NCBI GenBank assembly: GCA_963745025.1
Contig: CAVUWD010000019.1
Location: forward strand, 96,001 to 160,000
DNA length: 64,000 nt
Source of the DNA: an uncultured delta proteobacterium
Lineage (GTDB): Bacteria > Desulfobacterota > Binatia > JACPRU01
Direction: 5' to 3'
Shown here: positions 19,233 through 29,987 of the stretch, one piece after another
Numbering within the stretch: the first letter of the stretch is position 1
Layout: each line of letters opens with the position of its first letter
Program-made: the position numbers and the translations under genes
The notes under the pieces: generated by a model
The model's database searches: none
The model's input: only the letters and a program-made list of their open reading frames with translations
What the model was told of the DNA's origin: nothing

Positions 19233-20668
19233 CCCTCGGATCCTTTCCCCAAGAGCAAATTCATCCGGAATTCGACCTTGCCGTCCGCAGTCGTGCGCGG
19301 CTCCTTGACCTGCACCTCGCCGAAGAGCGGTGATTCGGCGATCTTCTTCCGGATGGTCTCCACGGCCTCGAACGACGAGGTCTTGGCCCGCAAGTGGACG
19401 CCGTCGACATCGATCGCCAGCTCGTCGACGTTCATGCGGGGCTCGGTGGGGGCGTGCTCGGAGATCTGCCGCAAGATCTCGAGCGGTGAAACCGGACCCG
19501 TCGGGCCGAAACCCAGTTGTTGCTGCTGCTTCTGGAGCCTCTTGATCTCCTGCTGGAGTTGCTCCGCTTCGTCGACGACTGGGGTGTTTGGCAACGCTTC
19601 GTGAAACGCCTGGCGGACGATGTCGCGAAGCTCGTCGTACTGACGGGATAGCTGATAATAGGAGACACCCTGCCAGAGAGCGAACGACACGAGGACGACG
19701 GCGGAGAGCACCGCGAGGCGCGTCACCGTTCCCTGCATCTGCTCTTGGCCGCGCCGATACGAGAACGACTCGCGGCGGAAATTCAGACCGAGCGTCGGCG
19801 CGTCGGCGATCCCCCGCAGCGCGAGGCCGAGCGCCGGAGCATAGGTCCCTTGGCGGCCGTGTAGCGCCGCTGGAACCTGACGGAGCGGAAGGTCTTCGAG
19901 TCGCTGGACGGTGAGGCCGACTTGGCTGCGTAGCAACTCGAGCAGCTCTGGTCCCGACGAGCCTCCGACCAGCAACGCCCGAAGCTCGACGTCATGCCCG
20001 CTCGGGGGCCCGCCGTTGAGGCTCTTGAGGCTCCAGACGATCTCACGGAGGAACGCAGGCACCGGCGGCTCACCCGCCACGTCGATCACTCTCAGGTGCT
20101 CGAGCTGACCGCTGCGGTAGATCGCGAACGTGCCGCGTGCGCCGCTCACGTGAAGGAAGGCGTAGCGCTCCGGTCGATCGCCCTCGAACAGTTGGAGCAC
20201 GTTCAGGGTGGTGAGCGGCGCGAAGTCGACCACCGCGGGATCGAGTCCCGCCTCGGCAAGAATCTTCAGGTGATCGTCGATCCGAGATTTCGGTGCCAGC
20301 GCGGCGAACACCCGCGTGCCGTCAGCCGTCTTATTGAGAACCTGGAAATCGACGATCGCCTCATCGACGGCGAACGGGACCTGGCTCTCGAGCTCGAAGG
20401 GGACGGTTTGCTGAAGCTTCCGCCAGTCGCGGAACGGCAGCTCGAGAAACCGGTAGACGGCAGCGTCTCCGGGGAGGGCCGACAGCACCGTGTCCGCGGT
20501 CATGGGATGGCGGGATACGAAGTTCCTCAGTTGCTCACCCAATTGCACGGTGGGGTCCCGAGGCTCGGAGAAGTACCCGACGATCTGATAGCTGCGGAAG
20601 CTCGTCTCGACGACCACCGCGACCAGCTGGGAGCCATGCGGGTCGAGTGCCAGGATCCGATTCGGCAT
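19229..20668 (-). CDS. gspL: Type II secretion protein GspL (PilM/PilN-like)
   Basis: Actin-like N-terminus (LPF...VPFELESQVPF), TM, PilN-like C-terminus. Confidence 0.85.
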   Translation of the reverse strand: MPNRILALDPHGSQLVAVVVETSFRSYQIVGYFSEPRDPTVQLGEQLRNFVSRHPMTADTVLSALPGDAAVYRFLELPFRDWRKLQQTVPFELESQVPFAVDEAIVDFQVLNKTADGTRVFAALAPKSRIDDHLKILAEAGLDPAVVDFAPLTTLNVLQLFEGDRPERYAFLHVSGARGTFAIYRSGQLEHLRVIDVAGEPPVPAFLREIVWSLKSLNGGPPSGHDVELRALLVGGSSGPELLELLRSQVGLTVQRLEDLPLRQVPAALHGRQGTYAPALGLALRGIADAPTLGLNFRRESFSYRRGQEQMQGTVTRLAVLSAVVLVSFALWQGVSYYQLSRQYDELRDIVRQAFHEALPNTPVVDEAEQLQQEIKRLQKQQQQLGFGPTGPVSPLEILRQISEHAPTEPRMNVDELAIDVDGVHLRAKTSSFEAVETIRKKIAESPLFGEVQVKEPRTTADGKVEFRMNLLLGKGSEG

Positions 20669-20670
20669 GA

Positions 20671-21714
20671 TCAGCGGTTCATCGACGGCAAGAGATTAAT
20701 TGCATCGGATGCTGGCGGGGTTGTCAAGGAAACGGTCCCCGGCTCTTCGCGCCAGTCGAGCACTTCGAGCCGTTGACCGTTTCGCCGCTCCAGGACCGCC
20801 AGACCGCGCGTGACCTCGGCGGCGATCCCGGCGGCATGGATCGTGAAATAGGCGCTTCGCATCGTGAAGAACGAGCGGAACTGGGGCGGCAGCTGGCTCC
20901 ATCCGGGGATTTCGTTGAGCTCCTGCCCGCCCTGAAACGGGTGATCTTGTCGCTGCGCGACGATCGCCTTGGCCGCCGCGGGATTGTCGACGGACCCGAG
21001 CAGGGTCGTCAGCAGCAGCTCCGAGGCCGTGTTGACGTTGATCTGCAGCTCTTCGTTTGGCAGCGCCGTCACCATCGCGCGGAGAGCGGCCCACTGCTCG
21101 CGAGTGAGCTCGCCGAAGCCGCGCACGAGCTGCAGCTCGTCGAGATTCAACAACCGGCCGTTGCGGGGATCGTAGGGGGGGGTGAGGCCCTCGTAGTACT
21201 CTCGTTCCGCGCCGCTCTGCGAAGTCACGTCGTCATCGGGATCCAGCCAATCGAGCAGCGGGAAGAGCAGATTGATGTCGAGACCGAGCACGGCGAGGAC
21301 GCCCTGGAAGAGGGTCTTCCGAGTTTCGAGCACCATCGGACTGACTCCCGGCCGAAGCGCCAGCGAATTGACGTTGAACCGCGCGGACTCGTCGTCGATG
21401 CGGAACGCAGCGTCGCCGACGCCTTCGCCGATCGGGCTTGGCGGAAACGGCTGCGCCCAAGGGTCGGCGAGCGTATCCACGTTCGGGCGCACGTTCTTGG
21501 CTTTCTCCGCGGCGTCGACCTTCAGCAGCATCTCGGCGAGCACGAGCCCGGCCCTCGCGAGATAGCGCGCCTGCATGGAGGACAGCGCGTTGCGCGTCAG
21601 GTGCGCCTCGACCTCTGTCGAATACGTGAACTCCACCACCAGGATCGTGAGCAGCGACACGACCAGCAGCGTGATCAGCAAGGCAATGCCCGCTGGCTCT
21701 TTCTTGCGAGTCAT
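20671..21714 (-). CDS. gspK: Minor pseudopilin GspK
   Basis: G|IALLITL leader; DWLDPD, INVNTAS. Confidence 0.92.
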   Translation of the reverse strand: MTRKKEPAGIALLITLLVVSLLTILVVEFTYSTEVEAHLTRNALSSMQARYLARAGLVLAEMLLKVDAAEKAKNVRPNVDTLADPWAQPFPPSPIGEGVGDAAFRIDDESARFNVNSLALRPGVSPMVLETRKTLFQGVLAVLGLDINLLFPLLDWLDPDDDVTSQSGAEREYYEGLTPPYDPRNGRLLNLDELQLVRGFGELTREQWAALRAMVTALPNEELQINVNTASELLLTTLLGSVDNPAAAKAIVAQRQDHPFQGGQELNEIPGWSQLPPQFRSFFTMRSAYFTIHAAGIAAEVTRGLAVLERRNGQRLEVLDWREEPGTVSLTTPPASDAINLLPSMNR

Positions 21715-22571
21715 TGACGGGGAGCCGGCCGCCCGGCGACTTGCGGATTACGAATGTTCCGGATCATCGGCAGGTCGACGGCGGTCTCGTAACGTTCCGA
21801 CTCGCCGGCGTCGTTCGTCACGGTGAGCGTGATCTCCACCGCCTCCGGCGCCGCGGTGAAGTTGCGGGAGTCGCTCGAATCCCAATCCTCGCCCCAGTTC
21901 TTGCCGTCGAAGAAGCGATAATCGAGTCCGCTGACGCCGGGCAGGATGAGCACCGAACCCGCGGGATTCGCCTTGTCGGGATCGAATCCGTCGCCCGTGA
22001 GCGAGAAGATCGTTTCCCGATAGAGACCGAGGTTCGCCGACTGCGGACTCTCCGGGGCGACGAAGTAATGCACGATCCCGAGATCCACGCCCGCGAACGT
22101 CGCCGCCGCCGGACGGCGCACGATGGTCGTGAACGCCACGTCGTCGACGGCAACGCCGGCATCGGTGCGCACGCGCCCGAGAAAGAGCGCGCGACCGGGA
22201 GGAAACTTCGCCGACCCGCCCGCGCGTGGCGTCGGCGCGACTCCCGGCGCCGGTGCTTGTGACTGCGCGGGCGCCGCGGAGAGCGTGGCCCGAGCGTTCT
22301 GAAGGTCCTGGGTCATGCGCGTGAGCGCCGCGCGCACACCGGCGGCCTCGTCTGCGCGCCTTTCGGCGAACTCCTTGGCGGCGATCGTCTGTGAGAACAC
22401 GCCGTAGATGATGGTCAGCACCACGCCGAGGATCGCCAGCGTGATCGTGATCTCGAGCAGGGTGAACCCGGAGTAGGGCTTGCAGCTTCTGGCTTCGGGC
22501 TTCAGCAAAGGGACTCCCCGAATTCTCTGGCGTAGCCCGTGGCCCGCAGCCTGTGGCCGCTCTTTCGTCAT
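21711..22571 (-). CDS. gspJ: Minor pseudopilin GspJ
   Basis: G|FTLLE; long leader containing a heptamer palindrome. Confidence 0.85.
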   Translation of the reverse strand: MTKERPQAAGHGLRQRIRGVPLLKPEARSCKPYSGFTLLEITITLAILGVVLTIIYGVFSQTIAAKEFAERRADEAAGVRAALTRMTQDLQNARATLSAAPAQSQAPAPGVAPTPRAGGSAKFPPGRALFLGRVRTDAGVAVDDVAFTTIVRRPAAATFAGVDLGIVHYFVAPESPQSANLGLYRETIFSLTGDGFDPDKANPAGSVLILPGVSGLDYRFFDGKNWGEDWDSSDSRNFTAAPEAVEITLTVTNDAGESERYETAVDLPMIRNIRNPQVAGRPAPRQ

Positions 22572-22954
22572 TGTTCCGGCTTCCTGACCATCGTCACGAG
22601 CCGTACCGCATCGGGATCGTCGACGTCCCAGAACACGCGGACGTGAATCTCCCGGATCTCGTCCTCGAGCTCCCGCGTCGGGCCACGTAGAATCTCGAGC
22701 TCCCAGTGGTAGTCCGGGTCGTTGGCGAAGTCGCCGGTTGATCGGGTCGGGTCGGGAAAGCTATCCGCGACAATCGAGCGCGTCATCAAATCCTGCGCGA
22801 GCAGCGTGGCGCGGTTCAGCCTCTGGTCGTAGGCGATGATCTGGATGTTTCTGCCGTGCAGCGAGAGCAGGCTGACCAGGGCCGTGGCGATGACCGCCAC
22901 GGCGACGAGGACTTCGAGCAGCGTGAATCCGCCCGACTGCCTAGGAGCCTGCAA
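22568..22954 (-). CDS. gspI: Minor pseudopilin GspI
   Basis: G|FTLLEVLVA; TTG start inferred. Confidence 0.85.
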   Translation of the reverse strand: MQAPRQSGGFTLLEVLVAVAVIATALVSLLSLHGRNIQIIAYDQRLNRATLLAQDLMTRSIVADSFPDPTRSTGDFANDPDYHWELEILRGPTRELEDEIREIHVRVFWDVDDPDAVRLVTMVRKPEQ

Positions 22955-22958
22955 GATC

Positions 22959-23519
22959 CTAGTGTCCCTCGGAGATTTCCGCTCGGCCACGGATGGGGTC
23001 GATGCGCAGCGTATACGCGTGGCCTTCGTCATCGACGAGACCGACTACGGAAGCGTCGGCGTAGCCCTCGGGATAGAAGCGTGTCGGCACCAATCCCTGT
23101 GCGAACTTGCCGACGCCGGGAACGAACACGTCGGTGATGCGCACGTCCGGAGACAGGACGACCCGGCGAGCCAGCAGGTCGGTGTCTTCGACGAGGGTAC
23201 TCGTCCCCTCCTCCGCGTGCGCCACCCAATACTCCTGCCGGTCGAGATCGAAGTACAGCACCAAGACCGTGCCCCGCAGGGCGGCCTCCTCGTAGAGATA
23301 GCGGGTGGCATTGGCGAGTCGTCGCGTGGTGGCGATCAGCTCGGCACCGGTCACGCTGCGAATCCGTGGGATCGCGATTCGCGCGACGATGGCGATGATC
23401 AGTACGACGATCGACAGCTCGATGAGAGTGAAGCCGGTCTCTCTCTTCCGGCATCGGATTTCCGCAGAAGACTTCCCGCGCCGCAGGCGTAAAGCCTGGG
23501 GCCCGAAGCCATTGTTCAT
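22959..23519 (-). CDS. gspH: Minor pseudopilin GspH
   Basis: G|FTLIEL; FYPEG. Confidence 0.85.
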   Translation of the reverse strand: MNNGFGPQALRLRRGKSSAEIRCRKRETGFTLIELSIVVLIIAIVARIAIPRIRSVTGAELIATTRRLANATRYLYEEAALRGTVLVLYFDLDRQEYWVAHAEEGTSTLVEDTDLLARRVVLSPDVRITDVFVPGVGKFAQGLVPTRFYPEGYADASVVGLVDDEGHAYTLRIDPIRGRAEISEGH

Positions 23520-23523
23520 GCCT

Positions 23524-23943
23524 TCATCCGAGGTCTCTGCTGTCGATGTCGGCGTTCTTTCCTTCGCCTCCTTGCTCACTGTCGCCGCCGAGGCACTTGA
23601 GCACGAAGCTCTGCCCGTCGCTCAGATACACGTAGGGATTTCCCCAGGGATCTTCCGGAATCTTCTGGATGTAACCCTCGGGATTGTACCTCCGCGGCTG
23701 CGGGCCGCCGGACGGCTTTCGCACGAGCGCCGCGATACCCTGCTCTGTGGTCGGATAGATCGCGTTGTCGAGCTTGTACAGATGGAGGCCTTGCTCGATC
23801 TGCTTGAGATCGGCCTTGGCCTTGGTGATGCGGGCGTTGTCGGTCTGGCCGATCACGTTGACCGAGACGATCGTCGCGAGCAGGCCGATGATGAAGACCA
23901 CGACCAGGATCTCGATCAGCGTGAAGCCGGCAGTTCGGCGCAT
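23524..23943 (-). CDS. gspG: Major pseudopilin GspG
   Basis: G|FTLIE, YPTTEQG, DPWGNPY. Confidence 0.96.
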   Translation of the reverse strand: MRRTAGFTLIEILVVVFIIGLLATIVSVNVIGQTDNARITKAKADLKQIEQGLHLYKLDNAIYPTTEQGIAALVRKPSGGPQPRRYNPEGYIQKIPEDPWGNPYVYLSDGQSFVLKCLGGDSEQGGEGKNADIDSRDLG

Positions 23944-24050
23944 CCTATCTCCAAACGTTTCGACGTCAGGCGGTGCTTAGAAATTCGCGCGTTGGTAGGG
24001 TTAGGATACCAGCGGGGCTCCGAACGGGCAAACCATGATCGGCGGCTTGC

Positions 24051-25274
24051 TCACCGAACCAGTTGGCTCATCTGGAAGATCGGCAGCAGGATCGACAGGA
24101 CGATGAAAGTGACCATACCCCCCATGAAAACGATCATCACGGGCTCGAGGAGCGTCGTCAGCGTGGCGATCGTACTGTCGACCTCCCCCTCGTAGGTCTC
24201 GGCCGTCTTGAAGAGCATCTCCTCGAGCCGCCCGCTCTTTTCGCCGACGGCGATCATGTGGATCATCAGCGGCGGAAAGATGCCGCTCTTCTTGAGCGGG
24301 GGAGCGATTGACTGGCCTTCGCGAATGGCATCGCGGGCCGCCTCGGTGGCATCGTAGAGCACGCGGTTGTCGACGATGTTCTTGACGATGTCGAGCGACG
24401 GGAGGAGCCCGATCCCGCTCTGCAGCAGCGTCGACAGGGTGCGGGAAAAGCGCGCGACGGCGATCTTCTGCATGAGCTTTCCGAAGACCGGCACGCGCAG
24501 CACCCATCGGTCGTAGCGCTGCCGGCCCGCCTCGGTGCGCACGTAATAGCGGAAGGCGAGCGCCACGACCGCGAGCAGGACGACGACGAGCGGCCACCAG
24601 GTCGACAGCATGCCCGAAAGCGCCATGAGGATCCGCGTCGGCAACGGAAGGACCTGCTTCGACTCGGTGAAGATGCGCGTGATCTTCGGCACGACGTAGG
24701 AGAGGAGGAAGAAGAGGATCGTGGCTCCGATGATCAGCATGACCGCAGGGTAGGTGAGCGCCGAGCGGAGCTTGCTGCGGAGGCGCGCGGTCGACTCCGT
24801 GTAGTCGGCGAGTCGGAGCAGCACGACGTCGAGCGCGCCGCTGGCCTCGCCCGCGCGCACCATGTTGACGTAGAGATCGCTGTAGACTCTGGGATGCTCC
24901 GCCAGCGCGTCGGCGAGTGAGGTGCCTTCGTTCACGCGCTCGCGCGTCTGCGTGAGCATGCGCTTCAAGCGCTCGGAGTCGACCTGATCGATGAGCGCCG
25001 AGAGGCAGTCGACGAGCGGCAGGCCCGCGGAAACGAGCGTCGAGAGTTGCCGTGTCATGACCGCCAGCTCCTGCGCGCCCACCCGCTCGAAGAGGCGCGA
25101 AAGCGAGCGGGAGGCCCGGGGTGTGGACTCCGCTTCGCGGCTCTCCGCTAGCGAGGTCGGAAAGACGCCCGAGCGGCGGAGCTTCAGGCGTGCCGCGCGC
25201 GGGTTGTCAGCGTCGATGACCCCGGTGACGTTCTTGCCGTCGGGACTCAGGCCGACGTACGAATAAACTGGCAT
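24051..25274 (-). CDS. gspF: Inner-membrane platform GspF
   Basis: TRQLSTL, AGEASG, ALTYP, LLEP. Confidence 0.95.
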   Translation of the reverse strand: MPVYSYVGLSPDGKNVTGVIDADNPRAARLKLRRSGVFPTSLAESREAESTPRASRSLSRLFERVGAQELAVMTRQLSTLVSAGLPLVDCLSALIDQVDSERLKRMLTQTRERVNEGTSLADALAEHPRVYSDLYVNMVRAGEASGALDVVLLRLADYTESTARLRSKLRSALTYPAVMLIIGATILFFLLSYVVPKITRIFTESKQVLPLPTRILMALSGMLSTWWPLVVVLLAVVALAFRYYVRTEAGRQRYDRWVLRVPVFGKLMQKIAVARFSRTLSTLLQSGIGLLPSLDIVKNIVDNRVLYDATEAARDAIREGQSIAPPLKKSGIFPPLMIHMIAVGEKSGRLEEMLFKTAETYEGEVDSTIATLTTLLEPVMIVFMGGMVTFIVLSILLPIFQMSQLVR

Positions 25275-25280
25275 GATCGA

Positions 25281-25354
25281 ACTTCAGGCTGCGGGCTTCA
25301 ACAAGAGTCTCCCCGCAATCCAGCTGGAAGCCTGACGTCTCCGGCCCGAAGTCG
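25281..25354. repeat. Heptamer-repeat palindrome between gspE and gspF
   Basis: ACTTCA GGCTGCG GGCTTCA ... GGAAGCC ... CGAAGTC. Confidence 0.6.
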
Positions 25355-27059
25355 TCATTCGACTAAGATGTCTTCCTGCGTCACGCGCATGACTTCTTCG
25401 ATCGTGGTCAGGCCTTCGAGCACCTTCCGCGTGCCGTCGTCGCGGAGCGTCGGCATGCCGCGCGAGGTGGCATCGCGGCGAATCGTTGCCGCGTCGGCGT
25501 TCTTCATGATGAGCGCCCGAATGTCGTCGTCCACGACCAAGAGCTCGTGGATGCCGATCCGTCCGCGGTAGCCCGTCTGTTTGCAATCGGGGCAGCCCGT
25601 TCCGGCGTGAAAAACGGTGCCGGTGGCAGCCTGAGCGGGCGAGATGCCGATCTCGCGGAGCTGCTCGGACGTGGGTTGGATCAGCGTGCGGCACTTCGCG
25701 CAGACCCGGCGGAGTAGGCGCTGGGCCATTACGGCGATCACGGACGACGACACGAGGAAGGGCTCGATGCCCATGTCGACCAGCCGCGTGACCGCGCCGA
25801 ACGAGTCGTTGGTGTGGAGCGTCGAGAAGACGAGGTGGCCGGTGAGCGCCGCCTGAATGGCGATCTCGGCCGTCTCCATGTCGCGGATCTCGCCCACCAT
25901 GATGACGTCGGGATCCTGGCGCAGGATCGAACGCAGACCGTTGGCGAACGTGAGCTCGATCTTCGGATTCACCTGCATCTGACCGACGCCCGCGAGCTGG
26001 TACTCGATCGGGTCCTCGATCGTGATGATGTTCTTCTCGTTGGAATTGATCTTCTGCAGCGCCGCGTAGAGCGTCGTCGTCTTGCCGCTGCCGGTCGGGC
26101 CGGTGACGAGGATGATGCCGTGGCTCTGATGGATCAGGCGCTGGACGGTCTTCAGGTTCTGCCCGGCGAGTCCGAGGTCGTCGAGCGGGAGCAGGGTCGC
26201 CGAGCGGTCGAGAAGTCGCATGCACGATGCGCTCGCCAAAGGCCGTCGGGATGACCGAGACGCGGATGTCGACGTCCTTGCCGGCGATCTTGGTGCGAAT
26301 TCGGCCGTCTTGGGGCAGGCGCTTTTCGGCGATGTTGAGACCCGCCATGATCTTCACGCGTGAGAGGATGACGGGCTGGAAGCGCTTCGGCGGCTTGACG
26401 ATGTCGTAGAGAATCCCGTCGATGCGGAAGCGCACGACGAGCTGCCGTTCGAAGGGCTCGATATGGATGTCCGAGGTGCGGTCTTTGACCGCTTGGAAAA
26501 TGAGTTGGTTGACGAGGCGGATGATCGGCGCCTCGTCGCTCGCGTCGAGCAGATCCTCCGGCTCTTCGAGCTCGGTGGCCATGAGGTCGAGGCGCTCCAC
26601 GTCGAGCCCGGAGACGAGCTCCGCGGTCGATCCCGAGGCGCGGTCGTAAACGCTGTTGATCGCATCGGCGATGAGCGGTGCGGGTGCAACCACGGCGCGC
26701 ACCGCCTTGCCGAACAGCAGACGAAGATCGTCGATGGGGCCGATCAGCGACGGGTTGGCGGTCGCCACGATGACGGCATCGCCGTCGACCCTGATGGGCA
26801 GGAGGTTATGCCGCTTGGCGAACTGGATGGGTAAGCGCGTCACCAGGTCGAGGGGGACCGAGTCCGTAGGCAGCGTATCGATGAACGGCAAGCCGTAATA
26901 CTGTGCGACGATCTCTCCCCAGCGATCCGCCGTCAGCGCCCCCATCTCGAGCAGCACGTCGCCGATGTCCTTGCCGTCTCGCAGCCGCTCGCGGGCGCGA
27001 TCGAGAACCTCGGGAGAGATGCCCGCCTGCTGGACGAGATTGGCTTCGAGCCCGTTCAT
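25355..27059 (-). CDS. gspE: Type II secretion ATPase GspE (apparent indel ~26223)
   Basis: SDIHIEP, LPQDGR; [15 protein letters not shown], CxxC motifs in the shifted frame. Confidence 0.92.
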
Positions 27060-27101
27060 CGGGAGACGATTCTATCGAGAAGCACGCCCGCGTGCCAGAA
27101 C

Positions 27102-27178
27102 GGTCACCGGCTACCGACTTGCGCCGGCGCCTTCGCGAAAATCACTTGCGGTAACCGGAAGTCGGTGGCCGGCAGTTG
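27102..27178. repeat. Heptamer-repeat palindrome between gspD and gspE
   Basis: GGTCACC GGCTACC GACT ... GGTAACC GGAAGTC GGTGGCC. Confidence 0.6.
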
Positions 27179-27182
27179 CGTT

Positions 27183-29987
27183 TCAGCGCGCGCGTTTCCA
27201 GGGCGAGGCGCCGGCAACCATCGCGCGCATCTGCTCGGCCGAGATCGGTCGCCACCGCACCACTGCGCCGGCCCAGCGTTCGAGCGGCTGGCCCTCAGGA
27301 TAGACGGACAGCGCGGTAGCGGCGTCGGGGAAGACCTCGAGGCAGCTATATCGCGCCTCGTAGGTCGACGACTTGTATTCGTAGGCGCCACCCTTGACGA
27401 AGAACTCACCGGCATCGATCGGCGTGTAGACGGTCGCGAAGCCGTTCGTGGTCTGCAGCTCCGGCGGCGCGTCGCCCTTCTCGAAGAGCGTCAGCAAGAT
27501 GGCGAAACGGTGGCCGGTGGTCGGGATGCCGAGGGCGCTCGGCGAGCTAGGCACGATCGGCGGTGACGGCGCTGGCGGCGCCACCGGTCGCGGCGCGATC
27601 GCCGCCTGCTCCTGGGGTGTCGGCACGCGTAAGGGCTCGGTCTGGATCGCAGGCGTAGGAGGAGGAGCATGGAACGCGCCGGCGTCTCCAGGAACGAGGT
27701 TGGAGGGTGCGCCGCCGGCCGGGGGGGTCGCCGAGGCGGCATTCCACGAAGGGGTGTTGAGCTGCTCGTAATGGCGAGGCCCGAGCTTCTCCTGGCGCAG
27801 GTAACGCTTGAACTGCTCGCGCTGATCGATCGAGATCTCTTCCAGATCGGCGTCGTCGTGCACGACATGCGGCGTCAGAAAGATCAGCAGGTTGATCTTT
27901 TCGCGGCGATCGTTGTTCTGCTTGAACAGGTTTCCGAGCACCGGGAGGTCGCCGATGAAGGGGAGCTTGCCCTGCGTCGAGACGGCGTCGTCCGAGATCA
28001 AGCCGCCGATCACGACCGTGTGACCGGTGCGCGCGACGACCGTCGTCGAGGCCGAGCGAACGGTCGTCGTCGGGCCGGCGAGGTTCGCGTCGACGAGCGG
28101 GTTCGGAACCAGAGCCGACACTTCTTCGTAGAGATCGAGTCGCACCACGTCCCCCTGAGAGATCTGCGGCGTCAGGCGAAGCGTGATGCCGACGTCCTGG
28201 CGGTCGACGGTGGCGAAGGTGTTCGACAGGTTGGTCTGGTCGGTCGCACGGCTGGCGAGGAACGGGACGTTCTGCCCGACCAGGATCTCCGCTTCCTGAT
28301 TGTCCGAGGTGAGGATGTTCGGCGCGGAAAGGACGTTGACGTCTCGGTCGTTCTGAAGGGCGTTGAATAGCGCCACCTGGGCTGGCACCGTCGTGCCGTC
28401 GGGAAGCGTGATCGTCTGGTTGCTGACGGCCGCCATCACCAGACCCTGAATCGTCTGCGGCGTGGTGAGCGCCTGGTTCAGGCTGGTGAAGTTCAAGCGC
28501 GCGAGGCCCAAGGCATCGTTGCCGAGCGCGGTGCCGCCTTGGTACTCGAAGCCGAGCGCGAGCGACTTCTGGAGCGAGATCTCGAAGATGATCGCCTCGA
28601 CGTAGACCTGCTTGCGCGGGATGTCGATCTCGCCGATCACGCGCTTCAACACGTCGTAGTCCTGCGGGCTGGCGCTGATGATCACCGAATTGGTGAACGG
28701 GTCGGCGGTGATGCGGACCTCGCCGACGAACTCACCTCCGCCTCCGACTGCGCTGGTCGGGCCCCCTTGCCCCGGGGCGCCGCCGGTTCCACCGGCGGTG
28801 CCGCCGAGCAGCCCCGTCGTGCCGCGGCCGGGGGTTCGGGATATGAACGATTGTTGTTGTTGCTGCTGCTGCTGCTGACGCGTCGTGCGTCGGGCGTTGG
28901 CGCTGCCCGCCGCGCCGCCGGCGCCGCGCTGTCCGCCGCCCCCGCCGCCCCCACCGCCCCCACCGACTAGATCCGACAGCACCTGCACGATCTCCGTCGC
29001 GTTGGCGTACTTCAGCGCATAGACGTGAATCTTCGAGACGCCCTCGAGGTGCTTGTCGAGATCCTTGATGAGCTTTCGGATCATACGCATCTGCGACGGG
29101 CTGGCGAGCGCGATGATCGAGTTGGTGCGCTCGTCCGAGATCACCTTGAAGGCGGCCGTGCCCGGCGCTCCCCCGGGGGCGGCGGGCTGTCCCGGCCTTG
29201 GGGCCGGCGCGGGCGCTCCTCCGCCCTTGGCCCCGGCGCGCTCGCCTTGCGCCTCGAGAACCTCCTGGAGCGTCTTGGCGACGGTCTCCGCGTAGGCATT
29301 CTCGAGATGGACCATCTCGATCCCGCGTGCGGGCATCTCGATGTCAAGCTCGGAGATGATGCTGAGCAATCGCTCGATGTTGGATGCGGTGTCGATGATG
29401 ACGAGCGTGTTGGCCGCGTCGTATGCGCTGATGAGGCCGTCCTTGGACACCATCGGCTGCAGCACCGGTAACAGGGTGCTCGGCTCGACGAAGCTGAGCG
29501 GCACCAGCTGGGTGATGAACTGATCGCCCGTCGCTGCCTTTGGCGCGAGCGGTGCACCGGAATCCTTGGCGTCGCGAACCGGGACGATCTTGATCACGGG
29601 GCCGGCCGGCAGCGTCGTGAAGCCTTTGACCTCGAGGATCGACTGGAAAACGCGATAGGCCTCGTCGATCGAGATTTTGGTCGGCGAGATCACGGTGACC
29701 TTGCCGCGCACCTTCTCGTCGAGGATGAAATTCTTGCCGGTGATCTCGCTGATGAACTTGACCAGCACGCCGATCTCGACGTCCTGGAAGTCCATGGTGA
29801 TGAGCTGCTTCTCGGGAACTTTCTCCGCCGCGGCACCGGGCGCGACCCGAATTGTTTCGGGCGCTGCGGCGGCAGCCGGGGGCCGAGCAGCGGGAGGAGC
29901 GGGGGACTTGCGCGCCTGCGCTCTTGCGGCGACCGCCCACAGGACCAAGATTCCCGCGAGCCCGAGGACGATCGTGCGCAGTCTCAC
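27183..29987 (-). CDS. gspD: Secretin GspD with C-terminal extension
   Basis: Signal peptide, N0-N3 domains, VGQNVPF, DVGITLRLTPQI, LPVLGNLFK. Confidence 0.95.
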   Translation of the reverse strand: MRLRTIVLGLAGILVLWAVAARAQARKSPAPPAARPPAAAAAPETIRVAPGAAAEKVPEKQLITMDFQDVEIGVLVKFISEITGKNFILDEKVRGKVTVISPTKISIDEAYRVFQSILEVKGFTTLPAGPVIKIVPVRDAKDSGAPLAPKAATGDQFITQLVPLSFVEPSTLLPVLQPMVSKDGLISAYDAANTLVIIDTASNIERLLSIISELDIEMPARGIEMVHLENAYAETVAKTLQEVLEAQGERAGAKGGGAPAPAPRPGQPAAPGGAPGTAAFKVISDERTNSIIALASPSQMRMIRKLIKDLDKHLEGVSKIHVYALKYANATEIVQVLSDLVGGGGGGGGGGGQRGAGGAAGSANARRTTRQQQQQQQQQSFISRTPGRGTTGLLGGTAGGTGGAPGQGGPTSAVGGGGEFVGEVRITADPFTNSVIISASPQDYDVLKRVIGEIDIPRKQVYVEAIIFEISLQKSLALGFEYQGGTALGNDALGLARLNFTSLNQALTTPQTIQGLVMAAVSNQTITLPDGTTVPAQVALFNALQNDRDVNVLSAPNILTSDNQEAEILVGQNVPFLASRATDQTNLSNTFATVDRQDVGITLRLTPQISQGDVVRLDLYEEVSALVPNPLVDANLAGPTTTVRSASTTVVARTGHTVVIGGLISDDAVSTQGKLPFIGDLPVLGNLFKQNNDRREKINLLIFLTPHVVHDDADLEEISIDQREQFKRYLRQEKLGPRHYEQLNTPSWNAASATPPAGGAPSNLVPGDAGAFHAPPPTPAIQTEPLRVPTPQEQAAIAPRPVAPPAPSPPIVPSSPSALGIPTTGHRFAILLTLFEKGDAPPELQTTNGFATVYTPIDAGEFFVKGGAYEYKSSTYEARYSCLEVFPDAATALSVYPEGQPLERWAGAVVRWRPISAEQMRAMVAGASPWKRAR

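Noticed and set aside
28851-28965. Poly-Gln/poly-Gly microsatellite in gspD
   Set aside because: Corresponds to the low-complexity N3 loop commonly seen in GspD secretins.
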